In this document: positions 9,009-17,080 of the stretch, in pieces
How positions within the stretch are numbered: position 1 is the first letter of the stretch
How the letters are laid out: the number at the start of each line of letters is the position of its first letter
Origin: Ferroglobus placidus DSM 10642
GTDB lineage: Archaea; Halobacteriota; Archaeoglobi; Archaeoglobales; Archaeoglobaceae
NCBI RefSeq assembly: GCF_000025505.1
Contig: NC_013849.1
Span: forward strand, 2,100,001 to 2,132,000
Length of the DNA: 32,000 nt
Direction of reading: 5' to 3'
Notes under the pieces: generated by a model
Databases searched by the model: none
What the model was told of the DNA's origin: nothing
The model's input: the letters and a program-made list of their open reading frames with translations, nothing else
Position numbers and translations under genes: made by a program

Positions 9009-9195
9009 CTATACCAAGCTCCTTCAAAGCCTCGTCAAAAGAAAACAGTTCCAGTTCTCCACGATCCTTTTTTCTGAGAAACTCTTCGATTTCAATAATA
9101 TCTTGCTTCGTGAGGAGCTGGGATTCGAGGTATTCCACTCTTTTCTTGAGCTGTTCGAGGTCTTTCGCAAGTTGTTCGAGCGTAATTTTTGTCAT
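8965..9195 (-). CDS. Cognate antitoxin-like protein (RelE partner)
   Basis: 76 aa charged coiled-coil-like protein; overlaps the start of the relE-like gene by 44 nt; standard antitoxin-toxin order. Confidence 0.7.
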   Translation of the reverse strand: MTKITLEQLAKDLEQLKKRVEYLESQLLTKQDIIEIEEFLRKKDRGELELFSFDEALKELGIDEAEIRKEISKETE

Positions 9196-9584
9196 GAAAG
9201 TAAATCGGTTCGAGAGCTGATAAAGTTAGCGGAGGCTATCACTAGGGGGATGTGTTTTTTTTGGATAACCTCTTTTAAAATGCTTAGAATTCCTTTCAGG
9301 ATGTCTAATCCTCTTTCCTCTCCAGCCATGCAAATGAGAGCTATCTCAGTTAAGTTTTCTTTTAGCTTTTCAAAATCCGAAACACTCTGAGAAGCAAAAT
9401 ATGTTAGGAGGATTATTGCCAGCCTATCGGAAGTTGATTTTATGATAGAGTTCAAGCTCTAGATCTTTTTTCTCCTATCTGAGGGATCCATTTTAGTTTG
9501 AAGAATTCCCATTTTTTCTAAGTCTTTAATATGCTTTGCGAGAACGGAGTCAGATAATCCAAGAATCTCTTTGTATCTACTTTA
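9192..9584 (-). pseudogene. Winged-helix (MarR/ArsR-like) transcriptional regulator remnant: in-frame TAG at 9459-9461 and 5' truncation at the IS end
   Basis: Minus-strand conceptual translation YKEILGLSDSVLAKHIKDLEKMGILQTKMDPSDRRKKI*SLNSIIKSTSDRLAIILLTYF...; the 87-aa ORF 9192-9455 (TTG start) is the in-frame continuation after the TAG. Its 3' end overlaps the antitoxin start (ATGA). Confidence 0.7.
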
Positions 9585-10298
9585 GTTACTATTGTCAAGC
9601 CCTGTCAACTTAACCACCTCAGATGATTGTAATAGGGCATAAACAACTTACAGAACAAATTCCAGTTCACAACTGAATTCTTATCGGTAATGGAACAGAA
9701 GAACAGCTTAACTCTCTGTTTAAATGAGCTGAACGTCGCTTCAACCAGACTTCTCTTTCCGAAAGGTTTCATGCTTAAATTCCAAGCCTAAACTTTCTAT
9801 TGCTTTTCTCAGCCATGGTGCTTTGTCTATCAAAAACTTGGGTTCGTTCTCGCAGTAATTAAGAACTTCTTTGACGAAAGACCTTGCTGTAAGAATGTTT
9901 CTCGTCGTGTAAACCCTCATTAAAATCAGCTCGTTCCTTTCAACGTCTACCGCGGCAAAAATGTAGAACTTCTTTTTGTTAGCTTTGACAATCGTTTCAT
10001 CTATTGCAACAAGATTTCTCCGCTTCTTCTCAGTAGAAATTGGTAACTTCTCTTCAAACTTCTTTATCCATTTCCACACAGCCGTATGGGAGACCGGACG
10101 AAACTCCGAGAGAATTTTAGCCGTTCTCCTCGTCGAAGAAGTTTGAACGTAAGTGGCTACGCCAAGAATTCTAATGTCGTTCGGAACTCTTTCCCTCTCA
10201 AACAACTCAAGCTCCTCTATAAGCTTCTTCAACTTCATCAAAATTGTCTGAATAATATTCTGGGAAGGTAAAGTTTACGGGTCTGTTATATGAATAAC
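9585..10298 (-). mobile_element. Small IS element (IS6/IS240-like), about 714 bp
   Basis: Encloses a DDE transposase. Imperfect terminal inverted repeats: left 9585-9615 GTTACTATTGTCAAGCCCTGTCAACTTAACC versus reverse complement of right 10267-10298 GTTATTCATATAACAGACCCGTAAACTTTACC. Exact ends approximate; no clear target duplication seen. Confidence 0.6.
9605..10241 (-). pseudogene. IS6/IS240-like DDE transposase, frameshifted
   Basis: ORF 9741-10241 (VAIDETIVKANKKKFYIFAAVD, FLIDKAPWLRKA) ends after HETFRKEKSG*; the shifted frame gives FGKRSLVEATFSSFKQRVKLFFCSITDKNSVVNWNLFCKLFMPYYNHLRWLS* to 9605, restoring the catalytic Glu region. Confidence 0.8.
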
Positions 10299-10368
10299 AA
10301 GCAGGAGTTAGGGGGGCATTTTCCCAATTAACCCTACCTTTAAATACATCTTAAGGAGAACATTTATC

Positions 10369-10599
10369 ATGGTCGAGATAGTTATCAAAATGCCTGAAGA
10401 AATTGACGAAAAACTCCTTGCAGAAATACAGGAAGAAATCAGAAGGATTGTAAAGCTGAGACTCGCTCGGGAGCTTCTCCTTAAAGAATGGGATGAAAGA
10501 TTTTCAAGGAGCGAGTTAAGCGATGAGGAATGCTTAGAGCTCGGGAAAGAGGTCAATCGAGCTGCTTTGAAAATATGGAAGGAGAAGGGTTGGTTGTGA
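10369..10599 (+). CDS. VapB-like antitoxin
   Basis: 76 aa, MVEIVIKMPEEIDEKLLAEIQEEIRRIVKLRLARELLLK...; directly abuts the PIN-domain ORF; TATA-like TTTAAATA upstream at about 10329. Confidence 0.72.
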   Translation: MVEIVIKMPEEIDEKLLAEIQEEIRRIVKLRLARELLLKEWDERFSRSELSDEECLELGKEVNRAALKIWKEKGWL

Positions 10600-10923
10600 A
10601 TGAAGCTTGTTGTGGACACAAATGTTCTGTTTTCATTCTTCAAAAAAGATTCAACTACAAGAAAAATAATCACCATGGTCGAGCTCTTCGAGCTTTTTAC
10701 GCTTAAATCAAGACTTGACGAGCTTGCAAAGTATGAAAAGATTATTTGTTCAAAAGCGAGAATAACTCCGGAAGAGTTTTCCAAATCTCTGAAGGAACTG
10801 CAGATATTTGTAAATGTCATCGACGATTCAGAGGTTGTGAAATTTGCAGAAGAAGCCAGAAAACTTGCTCCGCATGAAGAGGACATTCCCCTCTTTGCTC
10901 TAGCCCTTGCAATAAAAGCATAG
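10600..10923 (+). pseudogene. VapC-like PIN-domain toxin, probably truncated by an in-frame TAG
   Basis: MKLVVDTNVLFSFFKKDS N-terminal PIN motif, EEDIPLFALALAIKA then TAG, then in-frame IWSKQYFENLIRN..., resembling the C-terminal 'IWSND' part of related PIN proteins. Confidence 0.7.
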
Positions 10924-11116
10924 ATTTGGTCTAAGCAATACTTCGAGAATTTGATCCGGAATGTTCAGGGGAAGAGTCAGAGAAAAAGACCGTGATTAAG
11001 AGCTTAAAAAGAGGATAAAATTAAGCGGTCAGACCTACCCAGTTTCATCACCTCTCAGCTCCCGTAAGGGTCATCATCCCCTGAGTATTTTTGGCGAAGC
11101 TGAATTTAAAAATGAT

Positions 11117-12370
11117 TTACTCGTAAACTTTTTCAAACTCTTTGTACCAGTCCATCGCATCCTTTTCGTAGTCTCTGTCTTTGCTTGGAAGTTTGAGCAT
11201 TTTGTACGCTTCGTGCTGGATTAATAGCTTCATTATTTCGTTGCTTCCCGTCCATATCGGAGCTAAGCGCATGTCTCTCAGCATTCTCTCCACCGGATAC
11301 ACTTGCGTGTATCCAATCCCTCCAAGGATTTGCATGGCGTTGTTTACTATTTCCCAGCCAAATTCCGTCGCTAAATACTTCGCCTCGCTGACGAATCTCC
11401 TCGGGTCAACTTTGCTCTTTCCAGCATCGTAATCGTCGGCAGCTCTGGCTGCAGCATAAACCAAGTATCTCGCAGCATCGAGCTTTGCAACGCTCTCAGC
11501 CACCTTAAAACTAACCCCTTGAAACTCCCTTATCTTTCTTCCAAAGGCTTTTCTCTTGTCGGAATATTTCATAGCAATCTCTATTGCCGCCCTTGCCAAT
11601 CCAACAGCTCCGGCAGCTGATGTGAGTCTTTCTGGAATCATCATTCTGTTGAAAACAATTCTCGCTCCGTTCACCTCTCCAATTCTGTACTCATCCGGCA
11701 CTTCCAAGTTTTTGAAGGCGATTCTTGCTGTTCCCATACCTTTGAACCCCATTAGGTTGTGCAGATCTTCGATCTCAACTCCCATATCCCTCTCGACGAT
11801 AAATGCTGTTAGAGCTTTATGTCCCGGGGCGTTTGGGTCGGTTCTTGCGTAAATCAGATAAAAGTCAGCCACCTTCCCTCCGGCTATGAACCTCTTCGCT
11901 CCATTTAATATCCACTTGTTTCCCTTCTTTTCAGCTTTCGTAGTCGTTCCAAAGAAATCGCTCCCACCCCTCGGCTCGGTAAGCCCTTCAGCAGCGATCT
12001 TTTTCCCCCTTATCAACGGCTTTAGAAACTCCTCTTTTTGCCATTCTTGACCGAAGCGGTATATTGCTTCTCCTACTATGCTTATCATTGCATATGCACA
12101 TCCGAGCCCCATTCCGAGAACTCCCACTTCTTCAACAGCCACGCTTTCAGCTAGCCAGCTTAGATTTCTTCCTCCGTATTCTTCGGGAAATCTCAAACCG
12201 AGCAGTTTCCTTTTTCCAGCCTCCTCAACGAACTCGAAGGGATAATCTACTTCATCCCTGTCCATTTTCCTCAAAAGCTCTGGATCGACAGAACTTACGA
12301 ACTCCTTTACCTCCTCCCTAAGCTTCACGATCTCATCGTCAAGGAAGAAGTTTGTTTCGAGCATACTCAA
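11117..12370 (-). CDS. Acyl-CoA dehydrogenase
   Basis: 417 aa; LTEPRGGSDFFGTTTKAEKKGNKWILNGAKRFIAGG, YSDKRKAFGRKIREFQGVSFKVAESVAKLDAARYLVY, AMQILGGIGYTQVYPVERMLRDMRLAPIWTGSNEIMKLLI. Confidence 0.95.
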   Translation of the reverse strand: MSMLETNFFLDDEIVKLREEVKEFVSSVDPELLRKMDRDEVDYPFEFVEEAGKRKLLGLRFPEEYGGRNLSWLAESVAVEEVGVLGMGLGCAYAMISIVGEAIYRFGQEWQKEEFLKPLIRGKKIAAEGLTEPRGGSDFFGTTTKAEKKGNKWILNGAKRFIAGGKVADFYLIYARTDPNAPGHKALTAFIVERDMGVEIEDLHNLMGFKGMGTARIAFKNLEVPDEYRIGEVNGARIVFNRMMIPERLTSAAGAVGLARAAIEIAMKYSDKRKAFGRKIREFQGVSFKVAESVAKLDAARYLVYAAARAADDYDAGKSKVDPRRFVSEAKYLATEFGWEIVNNAMQILGGIGYTQVYPVERMLRDMRLAPIWTGSNEIMKLLIQHEAYKMLKLPSKDRDYEKDAMDWYKEFEKVYE

Positions 12371-12436
12371 CTTTAACTTTTCCTAAGCTATATACTGTTC
12401 GCAAAAATTGGAAGGAGAAATTTTGAACTTTCGACG

Positions 12437-13741
12437 CTAAATAACATTATTGTTCCTTAAATTTTCAAGATCCTCCTTGCCCAAACCTAAAAGCGTTCTG
12501 TAAACGAATTCGTTATCCTCTCCAACGTTTTTGCAAATCCACTTCAGCTTTGGAGGAGTTTCGCTGAACCTCCAGGGAGAATTGACAACTACAAGCTCCG
12601 GGTAGCGTCTGTCCTTGTACTTTCTGAACACGGCTTTTTCCCACCAGTATTTATCCTCCAAAACCTCCTTAGGAGTCATGACCTTGGCGTAAATCGCTGT
12701 ACCCTTCTCCCCTTTTTCCTTCCACTCAACCATTTTTCTCGCAAGTTCTTCAAATGTAAACTTCTCTATAGCCTTCTGAATATCTTTGTAAGCCTCCTTC
12801 TGCTTTTCGAGAGGAGTTCTGTCGAAAACCGTTGGATATTTCTCAAAAATCTCTGGAGCTTCTATTTGAGTCACAAGGGCTCTAAAGTTGTCGTCCGTAT
12901 ATCCCGCTGCGAACACGTAGCCGTCTTTTATCTTGTAGTATGCGTAGCTGAAAACTCCAGCGTCGAGAGGTAAAACGCCAACATCAACTGGCTCTTTAAA
13001 AACGTGCACCCACTGCAGCTCCATCGTTATCTTCATCATAACCTCAGTGGAGGTTACGTCTATCATCTGCCCCTCTCCGGTTCTGTTCCTGTAAAGCAAA
13101 GCCAGTAAAACTCCAGAAACGGCGTAAATTGCTGTGAAGTAGCTTGCCATCCAGAATCTTGGAGAGGTTGGTAAGTTGTAGGGTTCTCCAGCTTCCTCTA
13201 ACTCTTTACAAGCGTACATGTAGCCGGAGTTGGCAATTCCGAGAAGATTTGAGTCCGGTATTTTCGCAAATTCTTTTGCTTTCTTTCCGAAGTGACCGTG
13301 GGCTGAGAAAGCCAAGTAAATCAATCCCGGATTTATTTCACTAAGCTGTCTGTAGCCAATTCCAAGCTCGTCCAGGTAGCCGGGAGGGTAAGATTCTATC
13401 ACCACATCTGCTTTAGATACGAGCTTCTTGAAAAGCTCTCTCCCCTCCTCTTTTTCAATGTTTAAAGTTATGAACTCCTTGTTTCTTCCCTCAACGAGGA
13501 AGTTCAGTCCGGTGTTGTGGAAGTAATACTCTCCGAAAGGTGAAATCTCTCTGAAAGCGTCCCCTCCAGGAGGCTCGATTTTTATCACCCTCGCACCAAA
13601 CTCGGCAAGAATGGAAGAGGTAACGTGAGCTGCTGGCTGAGCGTAGCTAATATCGAGAACTGTAACATCCTTTAAAGCGTCATCTTTAAATCTCGCCTCT
13701 TCTGGATCGGTTAACTTTTTAGCGAACTCTTCCCATTCCAT
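12437..13741 (-). CDS. Class III (CaiB/BaiF family) CoA-transferase, subunit A; possible non-catalytic paralog
   Basis: VTVLDISYAQPAAHVTSSILAEFGARVIKIEPPGGDAFR; GREFLFKK..ADVVIESYPPGYLDELGIGYRQLSEINPGLIYLAFSAHG; YKDRRYPELVV. Confidence 0.9.
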   Translation of the reverse strand: MEWEEFAKKLTDPEEARFKDDALKDVTVLDISYAQPAAHVTSSILAEFGARVIKIEPPGGDAFREISPFGEYYFHNTGLNFLVEGRNKEFITLNIEKEEGRELFKKLVSKADVVIESYPPGYLDELGIGYRQLSEINPGLIYLAFSAHGHFGKKAKEFAKIPDSNLLGIANSGYMYACKELEEAGEPYNLPTSPRFWMASYFTAIYAVSGVLLALLYRNRTGEGQMIDVTSTEVMMKITMELQWVHVFKEPVDVGVLPLDAGVFSYAYYKIKDGYVFAAGYTDDNFRALVTQIEAPEIFEKYPTVFDRTPLEKQKEAYKDIQKAIEKFTFEELARKMVEWKEKGEKGTAIYAKVMTPKEVLEDKYWWEKAVFRKYKDRRYPELVVVNSPWRFSETPPKLKWICKNVGEDNEFVYRTLLGLGKEDLENLRNNNVI

Positions 13742-13750
13742 CTTCTCACC

Positions 13751-15088
13751 TCACCACTTAAAAACCGGATCGTCCTCTGGCTTGAAGTCTGATGGCGGCT
13801 TTCTTCCGATTACATCAGCCCAGTAAGAAATTACTCCCTCTTTAACAAGCTCTTCAATCTCCTCATCGTTCAAGCCGAGAATCTTTTTGAAAACGTATCT
13901 GTTGTGATAACCGACTGGATAAACTGACCACTTTATCCTTCCCGGAGTTTTGCTGAGCTTTATCGGTGTTCCAGCTGCGGCAAAGCTTCCAAGAATTGGA
14001 TCGTCGTAAATCCAAACACTTTTTCTGCTCCTAAGATGCTCATCGTGATAAACTTCGAAACTCCTTCTTACTGGAGATGCCGAAAATCCGTAGTTCTTTG
14101 CAGCTTCTATTACTTCATCGAGTGTTTTCTTGGAAACCCACTCAGCCACTATTTTATCAAGTTCGTCAGCGTTTTCCTTTTTCAGTCTTGCGGTGGTCGT
14201 CGAAAACCTCTCGTTTTTCAAAAGATCCTCGGCATTCATAGCCTTACACAACGCTTCAAACTCCTTTTGGGAGAGAATCGAAATTACCACAAGCTTTCCA
14301 TCCCTTGTTCTATACATGTTTGCCGGAGAAAGGTTTGGATCCCTGTTACCCATCCTCGGGCGGTCCTCACCTTTGAGGGCAACGTAAGTGTAGATTGCAT
14401 CCATAATTCTTGGGAGGGTTTCAACCTGACTCAAATCTATGTACTGCCCTTTCCCGGTTTTTTCTCTGTAGTACAAGGCTATTAACACTGCCATAAATCC
14501 GACTGTTGCGTTTATGAAGTCTCCTGGATAATGGGGAAGTCTTAAGGGGATTCTTTCTTCGTATCCCGAAACTGCCGACACTCCGCTCATTGCTTGTCCG
14601 CTTGCGTCAAAACTTGGCCAATCCTTTCTTTCGCCCCACTGTCCATAACCGCTGAGGGAAAGATAAATTATGTTGGGATTAACTTCTTTGACGTGTCTGT
14701 AGCTTAAGCCGAGTTTGTCCATTACTCCTGGTCTGAAGTTCTCCACAATAACGTCGCTCTTTTTAGCAAGCTTCAAAAATAGATCTCTCCCCTTGGGATT
14801 CTTCAAGTCGATGGATACGTAGTACTTATTCCTGTTGACCCACGTAGCTCCTAAAGAAGCTTCCTTCCAGAATCTTGCCCACAAGCTTACACTTCTTATC
14901 AAATCCCCCATTTTTGGCGGCTCTATTTTTATCACCTCAGCTCCAAATTCCGCAAGCAGGGAAGTGGTCTCTGGACCGTGTATAACCATCGTCAGATCGA
15001 GAACTCTTATCCCTTCAAGCACTTCTGGCTTTTCAAAAACCTTCTCTGGACTGAAAAGCTCGTTCGTCCACTCAAAATAATCCCTCAT
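13751..15088 (-). CDS. Class III (CaiB/BaiF family) CoA-transferase, subunit B; active-site Asp context present
   Basis: IRVLDLTMVIHGPETTSLLAEFGAEVIKIEPPKMGD; NPKGRDLFLKLAKKSDVIVENFRPGVMDKLGLSYRHVKEVNPNIIYLSLSGYGQWG; FDASGQAMSG. Confidence 0.93.
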   Translation of the reverse strand: MRDYFEWTNELFSPEKVFEKPEVLEGIRVLDLTMVIHGPETTSLLAEFGAEVIKIEPPKMGDLIRSVSLWARFWKEASLGATWVNRNKYYVSIDLKNPKGRDLFLKLAKKSDVIVENFRPGVMDKLGLSYRHVKEVNPNIIYLSLSGYGQWGERKDWPSFDASGQAMSGVSAVSGYEERIPLRLPHYPGDFINATVGFMAVLIALYYREKTGKGQYIDLSQVETLPRIMDAIYTYVALKGEDRPRMGNRDPNLSPANMYRTRDGKLVVISILSQKEFEALCKAMNAEDLLKNERFSTTTARLKKENADELDKIVAEWVSKKTLDEVIEAAKNYGFSASPVRRSFEVYHDEHLRSRKSVWIYDDPILGSFAAAGTPIKLSKTPGRIKWSVYPVGYHNRYVFKKILGLNDEEIEELVKEGVISYWADVIGRKPPSDFKPEDDPVFKW

Positions 15089-15113
15089 TCTACCCCCTCC
15101 TAAAAAATTAAAA

Positions 15114-16586
15114 TTAAGCTTCTATCGCAGCTCTAATGTCTGGATCTATGTCCTCTTCAGCGGCACCTCTCGTTAGTAAAGATACGAAAATCATGACGAG
15201 CAGAGCAGCAATTATGCTGACCGCATAACTCGGCAGAGCGTAGGGGAGCTTCATTCCAAGGATCTTTTCGTAAATTAGGAAGCCTATGTTTAGGACGAGG
15301 GCTGTTATAAGGCTTGCTATCGCTCCCTCTCTTGTTGCTCTCTTCCAGTTCAGTCCTATGGCTAAGAGTGGAAGCGTGGCAGAAGCAAAGTACCCCCAAC
15401 CAAGAGCTCCGAGTATAGCTACGAGGTATTTGCCATAATATCCAAAAAGGACGGCAAAGATGGTCAAAAGGACGGTAACTATCCTTCCCCACCAAACCTG
15501 CTTTGCATGCTCGATTTCCTTTCCGAGAGCCATCGGCAAATCTCTAACGAGCGCTGCAGTGCCTATCGCAATGAAACCGCTTGCCGTTGACATTATTGCT
15601 GCAAGCAGTCCAGCATAAACGACTGCGCTCATCCACGCAGGAAGCTGGCTCAGAAATGCAATGGCTGCTTGATCTGGCTTCTGAAGAGCGGGAATTTTTC
15701 CCCCTATGACGAGCCAAAGAGCTGCGTAGCCGACGAATATCCAGAGCAGGCTTGAGAGCATGTAGCTTCCTCCGCTGATTAAAGCTCCCCACTTTAAGTC
15801 TTTGTAGCTCCTTAAAGCGTAGAACTTCGTCGCCAGATGCGGCTGTCCGAGTCCACCCAATGCGAAGACGAAGAACCACATTAAAACGAGAACCCACGTT
15901 CCCCTACCGAGCGGATCAATTAGTATGGGGTCCTTTTGACCAATCGTTGTGAACAGTCCTTCTGTTCCTCCGGTCAGCATTAACGCAAAGAACAGTACTC
16001 CAATGGCTGCAATGAGCATTATTAACCCTTGGAAGAAATCAGTTAGGATGCTTGCTGCCATTCCAGCAACAGCTGTGTAGATCATCGTGATTCCGAAAAT
16101 TATGACGATTGCGGTCTCCAAGTCAACTCCAAGAAGTCCGGAAACAACGTATCCACCAGCCATAACCTGAGTTCCGAGGTAGGCGATAACTCCTAAAACG
16201 AGACTTATAGCAAGCAACCCTCGAACTGCCTCGCTTTTGAATCTCGCAGCTGCTAAGTCAGGAAGAGTTGCCATGGGTCTTACTTCTGCTATCAACCTCA
16301 CCCTCTTTCCTATAACGAACCATCCGAGCCCGAAGCCAAGGGGGGCAGCGAGGGTTATCCAGAGAGACGTGGCTCCGAGAGCGTAAACGAGTCCTGGACC
16401 GCCTACAAAACCGAATCCGCTCATTATGGATGCGAAAGCCGCTACGGAAGTAACAATCGTTCCGAATAGCTTGTGTGCTCCGAAGTAATGCTCGGCAGTT
16501 TTTACCCTCTTCACAGCATAAACTCCGATCGCAAAGGTTACGATGAAGTATCCGATAACGATAGCAACCGTAAGCGGGTCGCTCAT
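15114..16586 (-). CDS. Sodium:solute symporter (SSS) family transporter
   Basis: 490 aa polytopic; AEHYFGAHKLFGTIVTSVAAFASIMSGFGFVGGPGLVYALG, GGLGQPHLATKFYALRS, AGLLAAIMSTASGFIAIGTAALVRDL. Confidence 0.93.
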   Translation of the reverse strand: MSDPLTVAIVIGYFIVTFAIGVYAVKRVKTAEHYFGAHKLFGTIVTSVAAFASIMSGFGFVGGPGLVYALGATSLWITLAAPLGFGLGWFVIGKRVRLIAEVRPMATLPDLAAARFKSEAVRGLLAISLVLGVIAYLGTQVMAGGYVVSGLLGVDLETAIVIIFGITMIYTAVAGMAASILTDFFQGLIMLIAAIGVLFFALMLTGGTEGLFTTIGQKDPILIDPLGRGTWVLVLMWFFVFALGGLGQPHLATKFYALRSYKDLKWGALISGGSYMLSSLLWIFVGYAALWLVIGGKIPALQKPDQAAIAFLSQLPAWMSAVVYAGLLAAIMSTASGFIAIGTAALVRDLPMALGKEIEHAKQVWWGRIVTVLLTIFAVLFGYYGKYLVAILGALGWGYFASATLPLLAIGLNWKRATREGAIASLITALVLNIGFLIYEKILGMKLPYALPSYAVSIIAALLVMIFVSLLTRGAAEEDIDPDIRAAIEA

Positions 16587-17020
16587 CTTGATTTCGCCTC
16601 CTCAACTTTCTTCTTAAACTCCCTCCATCTCTCCTCGCTGAGAATCCACTTGTCGAAGATCAGAGCATAGCTGAGAGTTCCGGGAATGAACAACAGTAGT
16701 CACATAACCGGAAATAGCACAAAGAACCCCGGATGCATCCCGGCTATTGTAAACTCCGGAAACTTCCCTCTGAACTCAGCCCAGTACTTGAAAATTAGGG
16801 TTATACATACAGCCCAGAAAATGAAAAGTAGAGCTCCAAGCCATGCGGATGGACCAAGCTCGTTCTCTCTCATCGCTCCTATAACGAGCCATAGTGACAA
16901 GCTCAAACCCACCAAGTATCCAAGCACCTGCCAAGCGTTGGCTAAAGCTGCCAGAAGCATCGCGAGCATAACCACTCCGTTCACAATCAGAATTTTTCCT
17001 CTGAGGTCGATTTCAATCAC
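16583..17020 (-). pseudogene. Small membrane protein ORF preceding and probably partnered with the symporter; interrupted by in-frame TGA at 16700-16702
   Basis: ORF 16700-17020 (106 aa) continues in frame after TGA as LLLFIPGTLSYALIFDKWILSEERWREFKKKVEEAKSR*, whose stop overlaps the symporter ATG (ATGA). Confidence 0.65.
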
Positions 17021-17080
17021 CTCCAGTAAAAGTAAGCACTCAAAACGACTTAAAGTGTTAAGTTAACATGTTAACAACAG

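Noticed and set aside
10308-10886. 192-aa minus-strand ORF.
   Set aside because: Antisense to the better supported VapB/VapC-like pair; Ser-rich low-complexity translation typical of shadow ORFs.
9459-10923. In-frame TAG codons in the wHTH remnant and PIN toxin considered as pyrrolysine readthrough.
   Set aside because: No methylamine methyltransferase context and both genes sit in an evidently decaying accessory patch; simple nonsense mutations explain them.
15157-16605. Series of plus- and minus-strand ORFs inside the symporter gene.
   Set aside because: Arg/Ser-rich translations with no family motifs, all overlapping a clear SSS transporter.
16700-16702. In-frame TGA considered as a selenocysteine codon.
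   Set aside because: The context is a hydrophobic TM segment where Trp is expected, with no Cys-homolog rationale, and archaeal Sec is mostly limited to some methanogens; mutation or sequencing error is more likely.
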